A stretch of DNA of 64,000 nt from Coriobacteriia bacterium (GCA_016649875.1 JAENWW010000007.1:19715-83714), one strand, 5' to 3'; counted from the first letter of the stretch, positions 1-9,087 are shown. The notes: generated from the sequence alone by a model not told the origin. A program made the numbers and translations.

Positions 1-1
1 C

Positions 2-316
2 ATGGTCGGGTATGGCGCTCAGTTGCCGCATACACAGATACTCGCGCAAATAGCTTCGGCATTCGATGTTATCGTCCATCAAAGCAGATTCGCGGATGGA
101 GTGCGAAGAATCACTGAAATTGCTCTTGTGAAAGGAGTTTCGGAAGACGCATGTTTGCTCGAACGAATCTGCTCCTATGTTCAAGAAGGAAAAACTCTCG
201 AAGGAAAAATCCAAGGACATTGGGACTTTTCTTGCAATGAGAAGCTTATGCAAGAGTTCATTGTCAAGGGAATTGCTTCGGATTCGGAGGTGGATCGATG
301 GGTTTCACAGTTGTAG
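2..316 (+). CDS. tadA: Tad/Flp pilus secretion ATPase TadA/CpaF, C-terminal fragment (5' end lies outside the window)
   Basis: The ORF is open at the window edge. The C-terminal sequence FDVIVHQSRFADGVRRITEI is CpaF/TadA-like. It overlaps the start of the next tad gene by 19 nt. Confidence 0.75.
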   Translation: MVGYGAQLPHTQILAQIASAFDVIVHQSRFADGVRRITEIALVKGVSEDACLLERICSYVQEGKTLEGKIQGHWDFSCNEKLMQEFIVKGIASDSEVDRWVSQL

Positions 317-1302
317 CGTGCGGTATTTTGTTCGTCATTTGCATAACTTTCGCCGGGTTTCTTTGCGGTCGGTTTTTGGCAGCTTATTTGCACAATAACG
401 AGATGAAAAAATCTTCGCTTTTACGCGCAGGGAGCACATTTTCCAACGGAGCCGATCAGGATGCTCCGACCGTAGGCGTGCGCAACATTTCTGTACTCGT
501 TTCCCTTCTCGAGCGACTTCCCGAAATATTCCCCGGCAAAAGAGTGGTTCCGGCCACGTGGGAACACTATGTAGATGGCGTTCTCTCTCGTGCCAATATC
601 GATGCTGAAGGTGGGACCTTGCTGAAGTGGTCGTTGGTGCTGATTTCTTGTGTCATGTTGTTATCGATTATTTTGCGTCATGCACTTTTTGGTCTTTTGA
701 TTTTGGTGACATTCTACGTGATTTCAGTGCTTTATTTAACGAGGCGTTCAGAAAAGACAGCGCAATTGTTGCGCACGCAATCTATAGATTTTGCCGATGA
801 CTTGTCTGATTCGCTGAGCGCAGGTCGTTCGCTTTCCCAAGCGATTCTTGCATCTTGTGAAAATGCCAAAGAGCCTATGGGCGGAATCATCAAAGAAATG
901 GTGGCTTTAGTGAATTATGGGTTTTCTGCCGATGAGGCCTTTGAAAAATGCGCTCGAGAAACCTCCCGGCCCGAACTCCATACGCTGGCGGCTGCAATCA
1001 GAATTCAATATCAATCGGGAGGAAATATTCGAAACGTACTTGCTGAGTTTTCTTCTCAGATGAGGCAGAACCTTCTTTTCGAGCAAAATTTGAAGACGCA
1101 AACGGCTCAAGGACGACTTTCGGTCCAGGTGGTCGGATTCGTTCCACCCATTCTCGTCGTTGCTATGAATTTTCTCATGCCGGGGTATTTTGCCGCGTTC
1201 TTTGCAAACCCTGTGGGCAAGGTCTTATTTTATTTCGCGGTGGGGCTTGATCTCATCGGTTTATTGGCAGTCCGAAATATTATGAAAATTTCGATTTCCT
1301 AA
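298..1302 (+). CDS. tadB: TadB-like pilus assembly inner-membrane protein (type II secretion system F domain)
   Basis: 334 aa with TM segments at both ends. The central T2SS-F-like segment reads AIRIQYQSGGNIRNVLAEFS. It sits between tadA and tadC. Confidence 0.75.
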   Translation: MGFTVVACGILFVICITFAGFLCGRFLAAYLHNNEMKKSSLLRAGSTFSNGADQDAPTVGVRNISVLVSLLERLPEIFPGKRVVPATWEHYVDGVLSRANIDAEGGTLLKWSLVLISCVMLLSIILRHALFGLLILVTFYVISVLYLTRRSEKTAQLLRTQSIDFADDLSDSLSAGRSLSQAILASCENAKEPMGGIIKEMVALVNYGFSADEAFEKCARETSRPELHTLAAAIRIQYQSGGNIRNVLAEFSSQMRQNLLFEQNLKTQTAQGRLSVQVVGFVPPILVVAMNFLMPGYFAAFFANPVGKVLFYFAVGLDLIGLLAVRNIMKISIS

Positions 1303-1307
1303 AGGAC

Positions 1308-2288
1308 GTGGCTATGCATTTTGATGTGATGACAACTGTTTTCGGAATTGCGGGCTCGCTTTTCTTTGGTTTATTCGTGCATTCGATGTATTCAAATCAT
1401 ACGGAGAAGCATCGATATCATGGCATGGCACTCGAACGAATCCATGGCGGCTTTCACGGAGAGGATCGCGAACGTGCTTGCTCCCATCGGAAGGTCATGG
1501 CGGCGCTCCAAGCCGTTTTGTGCTTTTTCGAAAATCATCCGGTTATAGGTGCTCCGGTAGAAGTTCTTGCTCGCGTGCGGGAGGGGCTGCAAACCGAGAC
1601 TCTGCAAAAGGTAAAGGAATCGCGTGTCCTGCATTCGTATATGGACCCGCTCTCCTTTCGTCAGTACAACACGCTTGTTTCTGCGAGCTCGGCAGGCTTT
1701 GGTGTGGTCATCGGAGTATGCGGGCTTGTTTTGGGATCCTTTTACTCGATTTGTTTCTGTGTCGGCGGGATGTTTCTTTTCTCTCAATTGGTTGATCGAG
1801 CCCTACTTCGGCTTGCTGATAAAAAGCGAGAAACCTATGAACGAGATCTTGCCGGAATGATGAACATGATTGTTCTCGGAGTAGAAGCCGGAGCGACATT
1901 CGATACAGCCTTCGGTTCGTATGTCGATAGTTTCGATGCCCCGCTCGCGCTTGCTTCTCGCAAGACCTATCGCTCCTACATTTCCGGTGTGCGCTCGCGA
2001 AGCGATGCGCTTGACGAGCTCGCCAAGGAAATCGATTCGGAAATATTTTTCCGGTTTATCGCAACGATAAAAAGAGCGCTGTATCTCGGTAGTCCCCTAT
2101 CGCTTGCTCTCGACGATCAGTTGAGCGATATACGTGCCTATAGAAAGGAAAAGGTTGAAGAGGAGATAGCGAAAAAGCCGGTGAAAATCCTCCTCCCACT
2201 CGGAGTATGCATTTTACCTGCAATGCTGATTTTGCTTTTGGGGCCGATTTTGATGGAGGTGATGCAAGGAATAAATATGGGTGCTTAG
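1308..2288 (+). CDS. tadC: TadC-like pilus assembly inner-membrane protein (type II secretion system F domain)
   Basis: 326 aa and a paralogous architecture to the preceding gene, with C-terminal TM helices (ILLPLGVCILPAMLILLLGPIL). The exact start is uncertain (GTG 1308 or ATG 1314). Confidence 0.7.
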   Translation: MAMHFDVMTTVFGIAGSLFFGLFVHSMYSNHTEKHRYHGMALERIHGGFHGEDRERACSHRKVMAALQAVLCFFENHPVIGAPVEVLARVREGLQTETLQKVKESRVLHSYMDPLSFRQYNTLVSASSAGFGVVIGVCGLVLGSFYSICFCVGGMFLFSQLVDRALLRLADKKRETYERDLAGMMNMIVLGVEAGATFDTAFGSYVDSFDAPLALASRKTYRSYISGVRSRSDALDELAKEIDSEIFFRFIATIKRALYLGSPLSLALDDQLSDIRAYRKEKVEEEIAKKPVKILLPLGVCILPAMLILLLGPILMEVMQGINMGA

Positions 2289-2335
2289 CAAACGGTAAGG
2301 AAGTTCATATCCATTGGAAGAGGAAGGAAAGGACC

Positions 2336-2515
2336 ATGCAACTCTATTATTATTTGAGGTCTTACTTCGGGGAAGATTCGGGGCAAGGAATATCTGAGTA
2401 TCTCATTATCCTTGCAGTTGTCGTAATCGCAGCCATCGGACTGGCGACGAAATTCAACGCAGCGCTCACCGGCTTGTGGGGGTCGATAACCAGCCAGATT
2501 TCACTAATCACCTAG
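2336..2515 (+). CDS. flp: Flp-family type IVb pilin (59 aa)
   Basis: I trimmed the track ORF 2207..2515 to ATG 2336, which follows the RBS-like GGAAGAGGAAGGAAAGG. It has a class III signal motif G/QGISEY followed by a hydrophobic helix LIILAVVVIAAIGLA. Confidence 0.8.
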   Translation: MQLYYYLRSYFGEDSGQGISEYLIILAVVVIAAIGLATKFNAALTGLWGSITSQISLIT

Positions 2516-2525
2516 TGGCGTCGAG

Positions 2526-2753
2526 ATGAAACGACTTGAGGAGTCCTCCGGGCAGGCGGTTCTCGAATACCTCATCGGATCCTTCTTGGTTGCGATTATT
2601 CTTCTTGCACTTGCCGGTGTTTGGCACGGATGGCGTGAAGAAGCGGTAAGACAGGACTCTATGCTGGGAAAAACTTTTACCTCCGCGCCCTATTCAAATT
2701 CATCATCGATGGGAGGGAGTGCACAAGGTGCAAAAGACATTCTCATGCATTAG
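2526..2753 (+). CDS. Second Flp-like pilin/pseudopilin (75 aa)
   Basis: It has the motif SSG/QAVLEY followed by the hydrophobic helix LIGSFLVAIILLALAG. It lies directly downstream of flp. Confidence 0.65.
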   Translation: MKRLEESSGQAVLEYLIGSFLVAIILLALAGVWHGWREEAVRQDSMLGKTFTSAPYSNSSSMGGSAQGAKDILMH

Positions 2754-3231
2754 GGTCTTTCGAGCAGAGGAGGGTCAAGCCATGGTCGAGACCCCGATTG
2801 TGATTTCTGTAATTTGCCTCATGATTTTCATGCTTCTCCAACCTGCGGTGATGCTGATTGGGAAAATGATGGTCGGCTATACCGTCGGGTGTGTCGCTCG
2901 CGTCGCGGCAACCGATATTTCCTACGGGGGTGCGAATCACTCGGCATTGCTTAAAGCATATGCCGCCGATAAGCTCAGCGCCTTGCCACAAACCGATTTA
3001 TTTTATGTACCGGGCTCTCTCCAAGTGAGCGTGGATGGAAATCCCCGGTCAGATTTTTTTAAAGTATCCGTCTCTATAAAACAAAAGCCTCTGCCACTTG
3101 TGGGAGCGGCTTTGAAAAAAGATGCCGCCGGATTGTTGGTGGTTTCCTCCAGTACGAAAATATGGGGCGCTCAGTTGCAGGTCGACCCCTCGTATGGGGA
3201 AGGACCGTTGATCGTCGGGGTTCGAAGGTGA
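2719..3231 (+). CDS. tadE: TadE-like pseudopilin
   Basis: The N-terminus EEG/QAMVETPIVISVICLMIFMLL matches the TadE/TadF-type prepilin-like signal. The start is uncertain because it overlaps the previous ORF by 35 nt. Confidence 0.6.
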   Translation: MHKVQKTFSCIRVFRAEEGQAMVETPIVISVICLMIFMLLQPAVMLIGKMMVGYTVGCVARVAATDISYGGANHSALLKAYAADKLSALPQTDLFYVPGSLQVSVDGNPRSDFFKVSVSIKQKPLPLVGAALKKDAAGLLVVSSSTKIWGAQLQVDPSYGEGPLIVGVRR

Positions 3232-3237
3232 TGCGAA

Positions 3238-5370
3238 ATGCTGAGATTATTTAAAAACGATGAGGGTTCGACTGCGCTGACGGTCGTCGTATCCATCGTG
3301 CTCGTCGTCGTTCTCGTTGCCTTTAGCATGCAATGGTATTGGGTCAATTCGTCATCTGCCGATGTTCAGTTCATGGCAGACATGGGAGCGGTCGGTGCGG
3401 CGGATGCCATTGCAAAAACAGTAAGTGTCATACAGGTTATCGATGCGGTGATGATGTCTTTGAACCTGTTCGGACTTGTCATACACGCGACCGTCCTCGT
3501 GGCAGGTGTGGCAAGTGTCGTCGGTGCACCCGTCGGGGGTGCTGCAATGGCGCCGTTTTTGGAGCGATCCGTCGCGTTTGATAAAGATTTCGTCGAAGCA
3601 AGGCGAAAATTTTCCGATGCGGTCTATGGAGCTGCGCAAAAGATATCCGATGCCGCGCCGTACCTCGCTTTGGGGTATGCTTCGAATCTCGTGGCTCAGA
3701 ACGCATCCGCACGAGATTCATTCAATAAATCGAGCTACCACGTAATTACGATTCCGTTCCCTGCGAAAGGAGTGGTGACGCGCAGTGATTTTTCCGAGAC
3801 GGAAGGAGAACTCGTCTCATCAATCGAGAAAACATCGAACAGTAACAAAACGGATGCCACAGATTTAAAAGTTCTTGATGAAAAACTTCAGACTGCCATC
3901 GATGAATGTTATTCCGCCGATATCTACAAGGCAATCGGTGTGCCTCGTGCACGCTGGAATCCGTCACAGTCATTGGCCGATTTCAAAGGAGAGTTCGAAA
4001 AGGTCGCTGCGCAGGTGCAAGGAGTCGGTTACTCCGCAAACCCCATCGATGAGTCATCACAAAGCGCTCGGTTGAGTTTGGAAGAGATATACAATCGCGA
4101 TCTCAAGTCTGTGACGGATTCGGTTCGTTCTCGGGTGCAGGATGCCATCGGGGAGGAACCGGTGGCGGATGGACCGATGACATCGGTTCAAGTGGACATC
4201 GATGAGCTCTACCGTGTTTGGAGCGAACAACAAGTGTATTTGCTCGAACATGAGACGGGCCGGCGTAAAGCGTACCATTGCGACCAAGAATGCAGCGGTC
4301 TTGCAAACGCGAGTGAGGTACTGCAAACAGTGGATATTTCTGCGGTATATGGGGATGCGGATCATCCTCCGTGCTCCGTGTGCCGTCCTTTTTCTTGGGC
4401 TGCGGTTCAGTCGTGGCGTCAGAATTCATCGAGCTTTCTGGAAGCGTGGAACTCTGAAGCTTCGGCGATTCGATCCTATGAAGAAATTCGCGCTCTCATC
4501 AAAGAAAAGTCGCAAGGAATGCAGGAGCGGACCCGAAATGGATTCGACGAGTTGCTCAAAGCGGCCGAGAAGTATTTAAAAGGTGGCAGACTCACGTATG
4601 AACCTGCTGGTTCTCGAGGTATTCTATGCATCGCATATGCAAGCGGTGGGCGCGCGATGCCGGGGTTTACCCTTTCTGAGATCACCAACACAGAGAACGT
4701 GGAACTCGGTCCGCAGGTTGCTCTGGCGGCGTCTAAAATAATGCCGGCAAAGGGGCTATACGATATTAAGGCAGGGGTCAGTACGACGAATAATTATTTG
4801 AGCTCAGATTCCGGTCGGCTCGGCGGACTCATCTACAATTCGATCGACGGGGATGACTCGATGTTCGGTGCGCTTTCATCGATATGGGTAAAATGCACGC
4901 AAGTGTTTACGAATTCGGACAAAAGTCTGTCGCGTATGTTTTCTTCTCTTCCCTGGGGAATCGGAGCGATAGCTGATTCTTTCATGTCGAAACTCATCGC
5001 CCTTGCGGGCGTGGAGCCACCCGATATGCGCTCCTATAAACCGTTTTTGGTCAATACGGCGACAATCGGAGATCCGAGCCGCCCTGATGCCGAAGGCAGG
5101 TTTTTCACTGCGCTGCGGGCTTCAAAAAAGGCTTTGGAACAATCGGGCGGACTGAATGCGACGGGTTTGAAAGAAGTAATCAGCGAATCGGTGTCGGGCT
5201 ATGAAACCGATGCGGGGAGTAGGATACGCAATGTTTTGCCCGTAGCCGCTTCTGGAAATGCGATAAATCTTCCCTTCCATATCAATTATTCTCAGGTAGT
5301 CCAAACATCGGTCATGTGGCTGAAAAGTAATGTATTGCTGGTACTTTCAGCAATACCTGATGGGTCGTGA
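3238..5370 (+). CDS. Large TadG-like membrane-anchored pilus-associated protein (710 aa)
   Basis: The N-terminus NDEGSTALTVVVSIVLVVVLVAF resembles the TadE/G-like N-terminal helix. The rest has no domain I can recognise by eye. It contains a CxxxC...CxxC cluster encoded at 4279..4383. Confidence 0.5.
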   Translation: MLRLFKNDEGSTALTVVVSIVLVVVLVAFSMQWYWVNSSSADVQFMADMGAVGAADAIAKTVSVIQVIDAVMMSLNLFGLVIHATVLVAGVASVVGAPVGGAAMAPFLERSVAFDKDFVEARRKFSDAVYGAAQKISDAAPYLALGYASNLVAQNASARDSFNKSSYHVITIPFPAKGVVTRSDFSETEGELVSSIEKTSNSNKTDATDLKVLDEKLQTAIDECYSADIYKAIGVPRARWNPSQSLADFKGEFEKVAAQVQGVGYSANPIDESSQSARLSLEEIYNRDLKSVTDSVRSRVQDAIGEEPVADGPMTSVQVDIDELYRVWSEQQVYLLEHETGRRKAYHCDQECSGLANASEVLQTVDISAVYGDADHPPCSVCRPFSWAAVQSWRQNSSSFLEAWNSEASAIRSYEEIRALIKEKSQGMQERTRNGFDELLKAAEKYLKGGRLTYEPAGSRGILCIAYASGGRAMPGFTLSEITNTENVELGPQVALAASKIMPAKGLYDIKAGVSTTNNYLSSDSGRLGGLIYNSIDGDDSMFGALSSIWVKCTQVFTNSDKSLSRMFSSLPWGIGAIADSFMSKLIALAGVEPPDMRSYKPFLVNTATIGDPSRPDAEGRFFTALRASKKALEQSGGLNATGLKEVISESVSGYETDAGSRIRNVLPVAASGNAINLPFHINYSQVVQTSVMWLKSNVLLVLSAIPDGS

Positions 5371-5828
5371 AGCATATGAAACCAAGCGCGACGAGCGTAT
5401 CCGATACGTATCATGGCGATTCCGGACAAATGGTCGCGGAGCTTTTCACGGTCATTCCGGCGTTTCTGCTTGTTTTGATAGTCGCTTGCAATCTCTTTAT
5501 GTTCGTCAGCATAGCGGCCAAAAGCGATCGGATGGGAAATGAGATCGTGCGTGAATTGTACCAGTCGAATACCAATTCTTATGTTTCCACCCAAGGTATC
5601 AAGAAAAATGCTTTGGACTATCCCTGGCCTTCGAAAGTGCAGGTTGTTTGTTCGGTGTTCGGGTCTCCCTCAACCCTTGTTCCTTCGGGAAGGGAGGTGC
5701 AGACGGGAATCATTTTTTATCCGTTCAAGATGAGATATACCCAAGGAAAATTGCCCCAGACGGTGCTGAGTATAAAGAGAATCAAGCATTCATATATTCC
5801 GGCCTGGTTCGCCGGAGTGCTGCCATGA
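5367..5828 (+). CDS. TadE/TadF-like pseudopilin
   Basis: It has the motif DSG/QMVAEL followed by a hydrophobic helix FTVIPAFLLVLIVACNLFMFV. Its start overlaps the previous stop (ATGA-type coupling). Confidence 0.55.
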   Translation: MKHMKPSATSVSDTYHGDSGQMVAELFTVIPAFLLVLIVACNLFMFVSIAAKSDRMGNEIVRELYQSNTNSYVSTQGIKKNALDYPWPSKVQVVCSVFGSPSTLVPSGREVQTGIIFYPFKMRYTQGKLPQTVLSIKRIKHSYIPAWFAGVLP

Positions 5829-6157
5829 CGGTAACGTTGCGGGTTCGTCAAGCGACGACATTCATATCACGGCTCAAAGGACTGCTGGGTATGAAGGAGT
5901 TTCCGCTTGGGGTAGATGCATTACTTCTCTCTCCGTGCAATGCGATACATACCGTCGGAATGGGCTTTGCGATAGATCTTGTATTTTTGGATTCACACAA
6001 TAAAGTGATTCGAGTTGTAAAGAATATTTTCCCGGGCAAACTTTATGTCTCCGAACCTGGAGCAAGATCGGTATTGGAAATGGCTGCCGGACACAGCAGC
6101 TACATAAATCTTTGTGACACGATCATAACGAATACTTTTCAGGAGGATGCATCATGA
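5825..6157 (+). CDS. DUF192 domain protein
   Basis: I trimmed the track ORF 5648..6157 to ATG 5825, which overlaps the upstream stop. The sequence RLKGLLGM...NAIHTVGMGFAIDLVFLD is typical of DUF192. Confidence 0.65.
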   Translation: MTVTLRVRQATTFISRLKGLLGMKEFPLGVDALLLSPCNAIHTVGMGFAIDLVFLDSHNKVIRVVKNIFPGKLYVSEPGARSVLEMAAGHSSYINLCDTIITNTFQEDAS

Positions 6158-6624
6158 AAACATGTCCGATTTGCGGAGCGCGTGCGGTTGAAAACGCAAC
6201 TACCTGTTTCGAATGTCTCTATAGCTTCATCGAGATGTCGATCAGCCCGGTTGAAAAAGAGGAAGAGCGAGAAGAAATCGCCGAGGTCCCATCCAAAAAA
6301 TCATTTGAGAATGCACTTTCCGGTGAGCATGCGGGCGATATTTTTCTCGAACTGTGGAAAAAGGGCAGACTGCAAAAGAAATTTATTTCCCACAACGGAT
6401 CCCTCTACATCGGATCGGCGGGTTTCAACGATGTTTTTCTTAAATCGAGTCGCGTGGCTAAGCGGCAGTTGCATCTTTACAGGCAGGACGGAGACATGTA
6501 CCTCGATATCTTGGATTTTTCGTATCCTGTATTTCTCAACGGACAAGAACTCGATGGGGCAGTCCCCGTGAAAGCCGATGATGCCATTTCCTTGGAAGAC
6601 GTTCGTCTGGTCGTGTCTTCATAG
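6154..6624 (+). CDS. Zinc-ribbon plus FHA-like domain protein
   Basis: The N-terminus has CPICG...CFEC (4 Cys). The C-terminus is FHA-like (LYIGSAGFNDVFLKSSRVAKRQLHL...VFLNGQEL). Its start overlaps the DUF192 stop. Confidence 0.5.
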   Translation: MKTCPICGARAVENATTCFECLYSFIEMSISPVEKEEEREEIAEVPSKKSFENALSGEHAGDIFLELWKKGRLQKKFISHNGSLYIGSAGFNDVFLKSSRVAKRQLHLYRQDGDMYLDILDFSYPVFLNGQELDGAVPVKADDAISLEDVRLVVSS

Positions 6625-6652
6625 ACCGGACACTCTGTAAGTCTTCTGACCG

Positions 6653-6661
6653 TGTTATACT
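6653..6661 (+). promoter_or_regulatory. Extended -10 promoter element (TGtTATACT) upstream of veg
   Basis: TG at 6653-6654 and TATACT at 6656-6661. It lies about 30 nt upstream of ATG 6691, with the RBS ATAGGAGG in between. The -35 is weak. Confidence 0.4.
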
Positions 6662-6690
6662 GGTTCCTTGTCATATAGGAGGTTTTCAGT

Positions 6691-6981
6691 ATGGAATTGA
6701 ATCGTCTTGCCGAAGCAGAAGGCGACATTCGCACGGTCCTCGAAGACATGACCGGCTCAATCGTGTGTATTCGCGCGAACATGGGTCGTTCGAAAGTAAT
6801 GGAGTGCCAAGGTATGATTTTGCAGACTCATCCATCGGTGTTTTTGGTGGAAGTCCGCAAGAAAAGAAATCGTCGTGCACGCGCTTCATACAAATATGTC
6901 GATGTATTGACCGGTTCGGTGGAGCTATCGCATCCCGAAAGTGGAGAACCGGTATTTCCTTGGATTGAGTGCTCGAATTAA
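6691..6981 (+). CDS. veg: Veg-family small protein
   Basis: The sequence SVFLVEV...SYKYVDVLTGSVEL matches my recollection of Bacillus Veg (SVFVIQL...SYSYADILTETVEL). It lies immediately upstream of ispE, as in Bacillus. Confidence 0.7.
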   Translation: MELNRLAEAEGDIRTVLEDMTGSIVCIRANMGRSKVMECQGMILQTHPSVFLVEVRKKRNRRARASYKYVDVLTGSVELSHPESGEPVFPWIECSN

Positions 6982-6993
6982 ATCGCAACGAAT

Positions 6994-7022
6994 AAGCGCA
7001 AGGTGTCTTGCGCTTTCCTTTG
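6994..7022 (+). terminator. Rho-independent terminator-like hairpin after veg
   Basis: AAGCGCAAG-gtgt-CTTGCGCTT followed by a T-rich tract (tcctttgtctc). Confidence 0.5.
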
Positions 7023-7053
7023 TCTCAAAATTAAACGGTAGAACTGAGGAAGT

Positions 7054-8019
7054 ATGAAGGTATTTTCCCCAGCAAAAATAAACTTGGCGCTCAATGTCGG
7101 CGCAAAAATGAGAGATGGCTACCACCGGGTGGATTCGGTGTTTCATACACTCGCTTTCGGCGATGTCGTTGCAGTGGAGCCGTCTGAAAAGCTGAATCTC
7201 ACGTGCTCGGTGAATCTCGGAATTGCACCTGAAAATAACCTTGCTTACAAAGCGGCGGTTTTGTTCGCGCGTGAAACAGGTACATCGAGCAACTATTCGA
7301 TACATATCGATAAGCGCCTGCCGCACGGAGCCGGTCTCGGCGGTGGTTCTTCGAACGCAGCTGCAGTTATATATGCTCTTGCAGTGGCGGATGGCATCAA
7401 CCCGGTCGGAACTCTCTGTATGCGAATCGCCGCTTCTTTAGGGTCCGATGTCCCTGTCTTTCTCGCTCCGACGGGAGCGAGTGTCATGACGGAGCGAGGT
7501 GAAGTTCTCGAGGAGTCTTTGCCTCCGGCAACAGGCGTTCCCGTCGTGTTGGCAATGCCTCGCAATCTCACCGTTTCGACGGCTCGGGTGTACAAGGCTT
7601 TCGATGAAAGCCCTCTACCGATACGGAGTATGGAGTTGCTTATCGGTATCCTTCATGATTTCGTCGAAGTGGATGCTCAACGCGACTTGCTGATGACGAG
7701 CCATGCGGGTATGGCGCGGCTGTTGGCGGGAGAGGTCTATAATAACTTGGCGGCTGCATCCGTTGCAGTCGAACCGAGTATCGGAGATGCGCTGTTGTTT
7801 TTAAAAACCCAGCGCGAAAGTCTTTGTGCAGAGGTCTCGGGTTCCGGTTCGTGCGTGTTCGCGCTCTGCGCGACGCCCGAACAGGCGGAAGCACTGCAAA
7901 AAAAGTGTGTGGAGTACGGGTTTTTTTCAGTAGCGACATCGTTGCGCTCTCAGGGTGTGACGAAAATAAACGAAGTGAGTACTATCGGTGGAAAGCCCGG
8001 CGTGAAACTTCCACAATAG
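7054..8019 (+). CDS. ispE: 4-diphosphocytidyl-2-C-methyl-D-erythritol kinase
   Basis: The N-terminus SPAKINLALNV and the GHMP-kinase motif PHGAGLGGGSSNAAAV. Confidence 0.9.
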   Translation: MKVFSPAKINLALNVGAKMRDGYHRVDSVFHTLAFGDVVAVEPSEKLNLTCSVNLGIAPENNLAYKAAVLFARETGTSSNYSIHIDKRLPHGAGLGGGSSNAAAVIYALAVADGINPVGTLCMRIAASLGSDVPVFLAPTGASVMTERGEVLEESLPPATGVPVVLAMPRNLTVSTARVYKAFDESPLPIRSMELLIGILHDFVEVDAQRDLLMTSHAGMARLLAGEVYNNLAAASVAVEPSIGDALLFLKTQRESLCAEVSGSGSCVFALCATPEQAEALQKKCVEYGFFSVATSLRSQGVTKINEVSTIGGKPGVKLPQ

Positions 8020-8068
8020 ATTGGGATTTGAATAGGGGCCTCATCGGTTTGCAGAAAGCGAATATATT

Positions 8069-8869
8069 GTGACGAAATATACACTTACACCCGAACATGA
8101 AAATACCGTCGATGTGATTGTTCTCGGCGGCGGCGACGGCGAGCCGGTCGATTCGATTACTCCGGTCAAAGGACTTGTCAAAGTACTCGACAAGTCGATG
8201 ATCGAGTGGGTCGTCGATGCACTGCGCGAAGCAAAATCCGTGAGGGAAATTGCAATCGTCATTCCTGATGCGAAGTATATCGGCGATGAACTGAAGACGA
8301 AAGTCAACCATATAGTCGAGTGTGATAAGTCGTTTACCGATAATGCGCTGGCCGGAGCGGATGTTTTGAAAAACGATCTTCATATTCTTGGTGTCACCGC
8401 CGATATTCCGGCGCTCACTCCCGAGGCGGTCGATGATTTCGTCGAGCAGACACTCCGAGCGAATGTCGATTTCGCGTATCCGCTTATTCGTAAAGAACAC
8501 CTGGAAGAACAGTTTCCGGGTTCTGTTCGTACCTATATAAAAATCAAAGGCGGTCCCGTCACGGGTGGGAACTTCTTTTTGGGTTCGCCTGAGTTCAAAC
8601 TGCGTATCAAAGATACGCTCCAGCAGCTTTTCGAAACGCGCAAGAATCCTTTGAAGATGGTCCGCACGGTGGGGCCTCGTTTTGTGTTCAATTTAGCGAG
8701 CGGAAAACTCGATGTCACTGAAGTCGAAAAGAAAATGGGCGAGTTGCTCGGGGGACCCTGCGCAGCGATTTATACCGAATATGCGGCAATCGGAGCCGAT
8801 GTCGATAAGCCCGTCGACCTCGAGGTGATTGAAGCGGCGATTCTTGCCACACACCGCTCTATCGTGTAA
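8069..8869 (+). CDS. Nucleotidyltransferase-family protein (MobA-like NTP transferase fold)
   Basis: N-terminal VDVIVLGGGDGEP...PVKGL glycine-rich NTP-transferase motif. The substrate cannot be inferred. Confidence 0.5.
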   Translation: MTKYTLTPEHENTVDVIVLGGGDGEPVDSITPVKGLVKVLDKSMIEWVVDALREAKSVREIAIVIPDAKYIGDELKTKVNHIVECDKSFTDNALAGADVLKNDLHILGVTADIPALTPEAVDDFVEQTLRANVDFAYPLIRKEHLEEQFPGSVRTYIKIKGGPVTGGNFFLGSPEFKLRIKDTLQQLFETRKNPLKMVRTVGPRFVFNLASGKLDVTEVEKKMGELLGGPCAAIYTEYAAIGADVDKPVDLEVIEAAILATHRSIV

Positions 8870-8887
8870 AGTATTATTTTGTCACTT

Positions 8888-8961
8888 TGGGATATCGTCT
8901 AATGGCAGGACTCTGGCTTTTGGTGCCAGCTATCTAGGTTCGAATCCTGGTATCCCAGCCA
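8888..8961 (+). tRNA. tRNA-Gln (anticodon UUG), with encoded CCA
   Basis: Hand-folded cloverleaf. The acceptor is TGGGATA/TATCCCA, the D stem GTCT/GGAC and the anticodon stem CTGGC/GCCAG. The anticodon loop is TTTTGGT (anticodon TTG) and the T arm is CTAGG-TTCGAAT-CCTGG. Confidence 0.85.
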
Positions 8962-8971
8962 TTGAAATGCG

Positions 8972-9007
8972 ATAGCACCGACCATTTCGGTCGGTGCTAT
9001 TTTATTG
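8972..9007 (+). terminator. Rho-independent terminator after tRNA-Gln
   Basis: ATAGCACCGACC-attt-cGGTCGGTGCTAT followed by TTTATTGTT. Confidence 0.7.
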
Positions 9008-9087
9008 TTGGATAATTGTGCACGTTTTTCTCAAGATATGTATGCGACGTCCAAAAAGCGTTTCGCGAAATGCGGCGCGTTTTCTTT

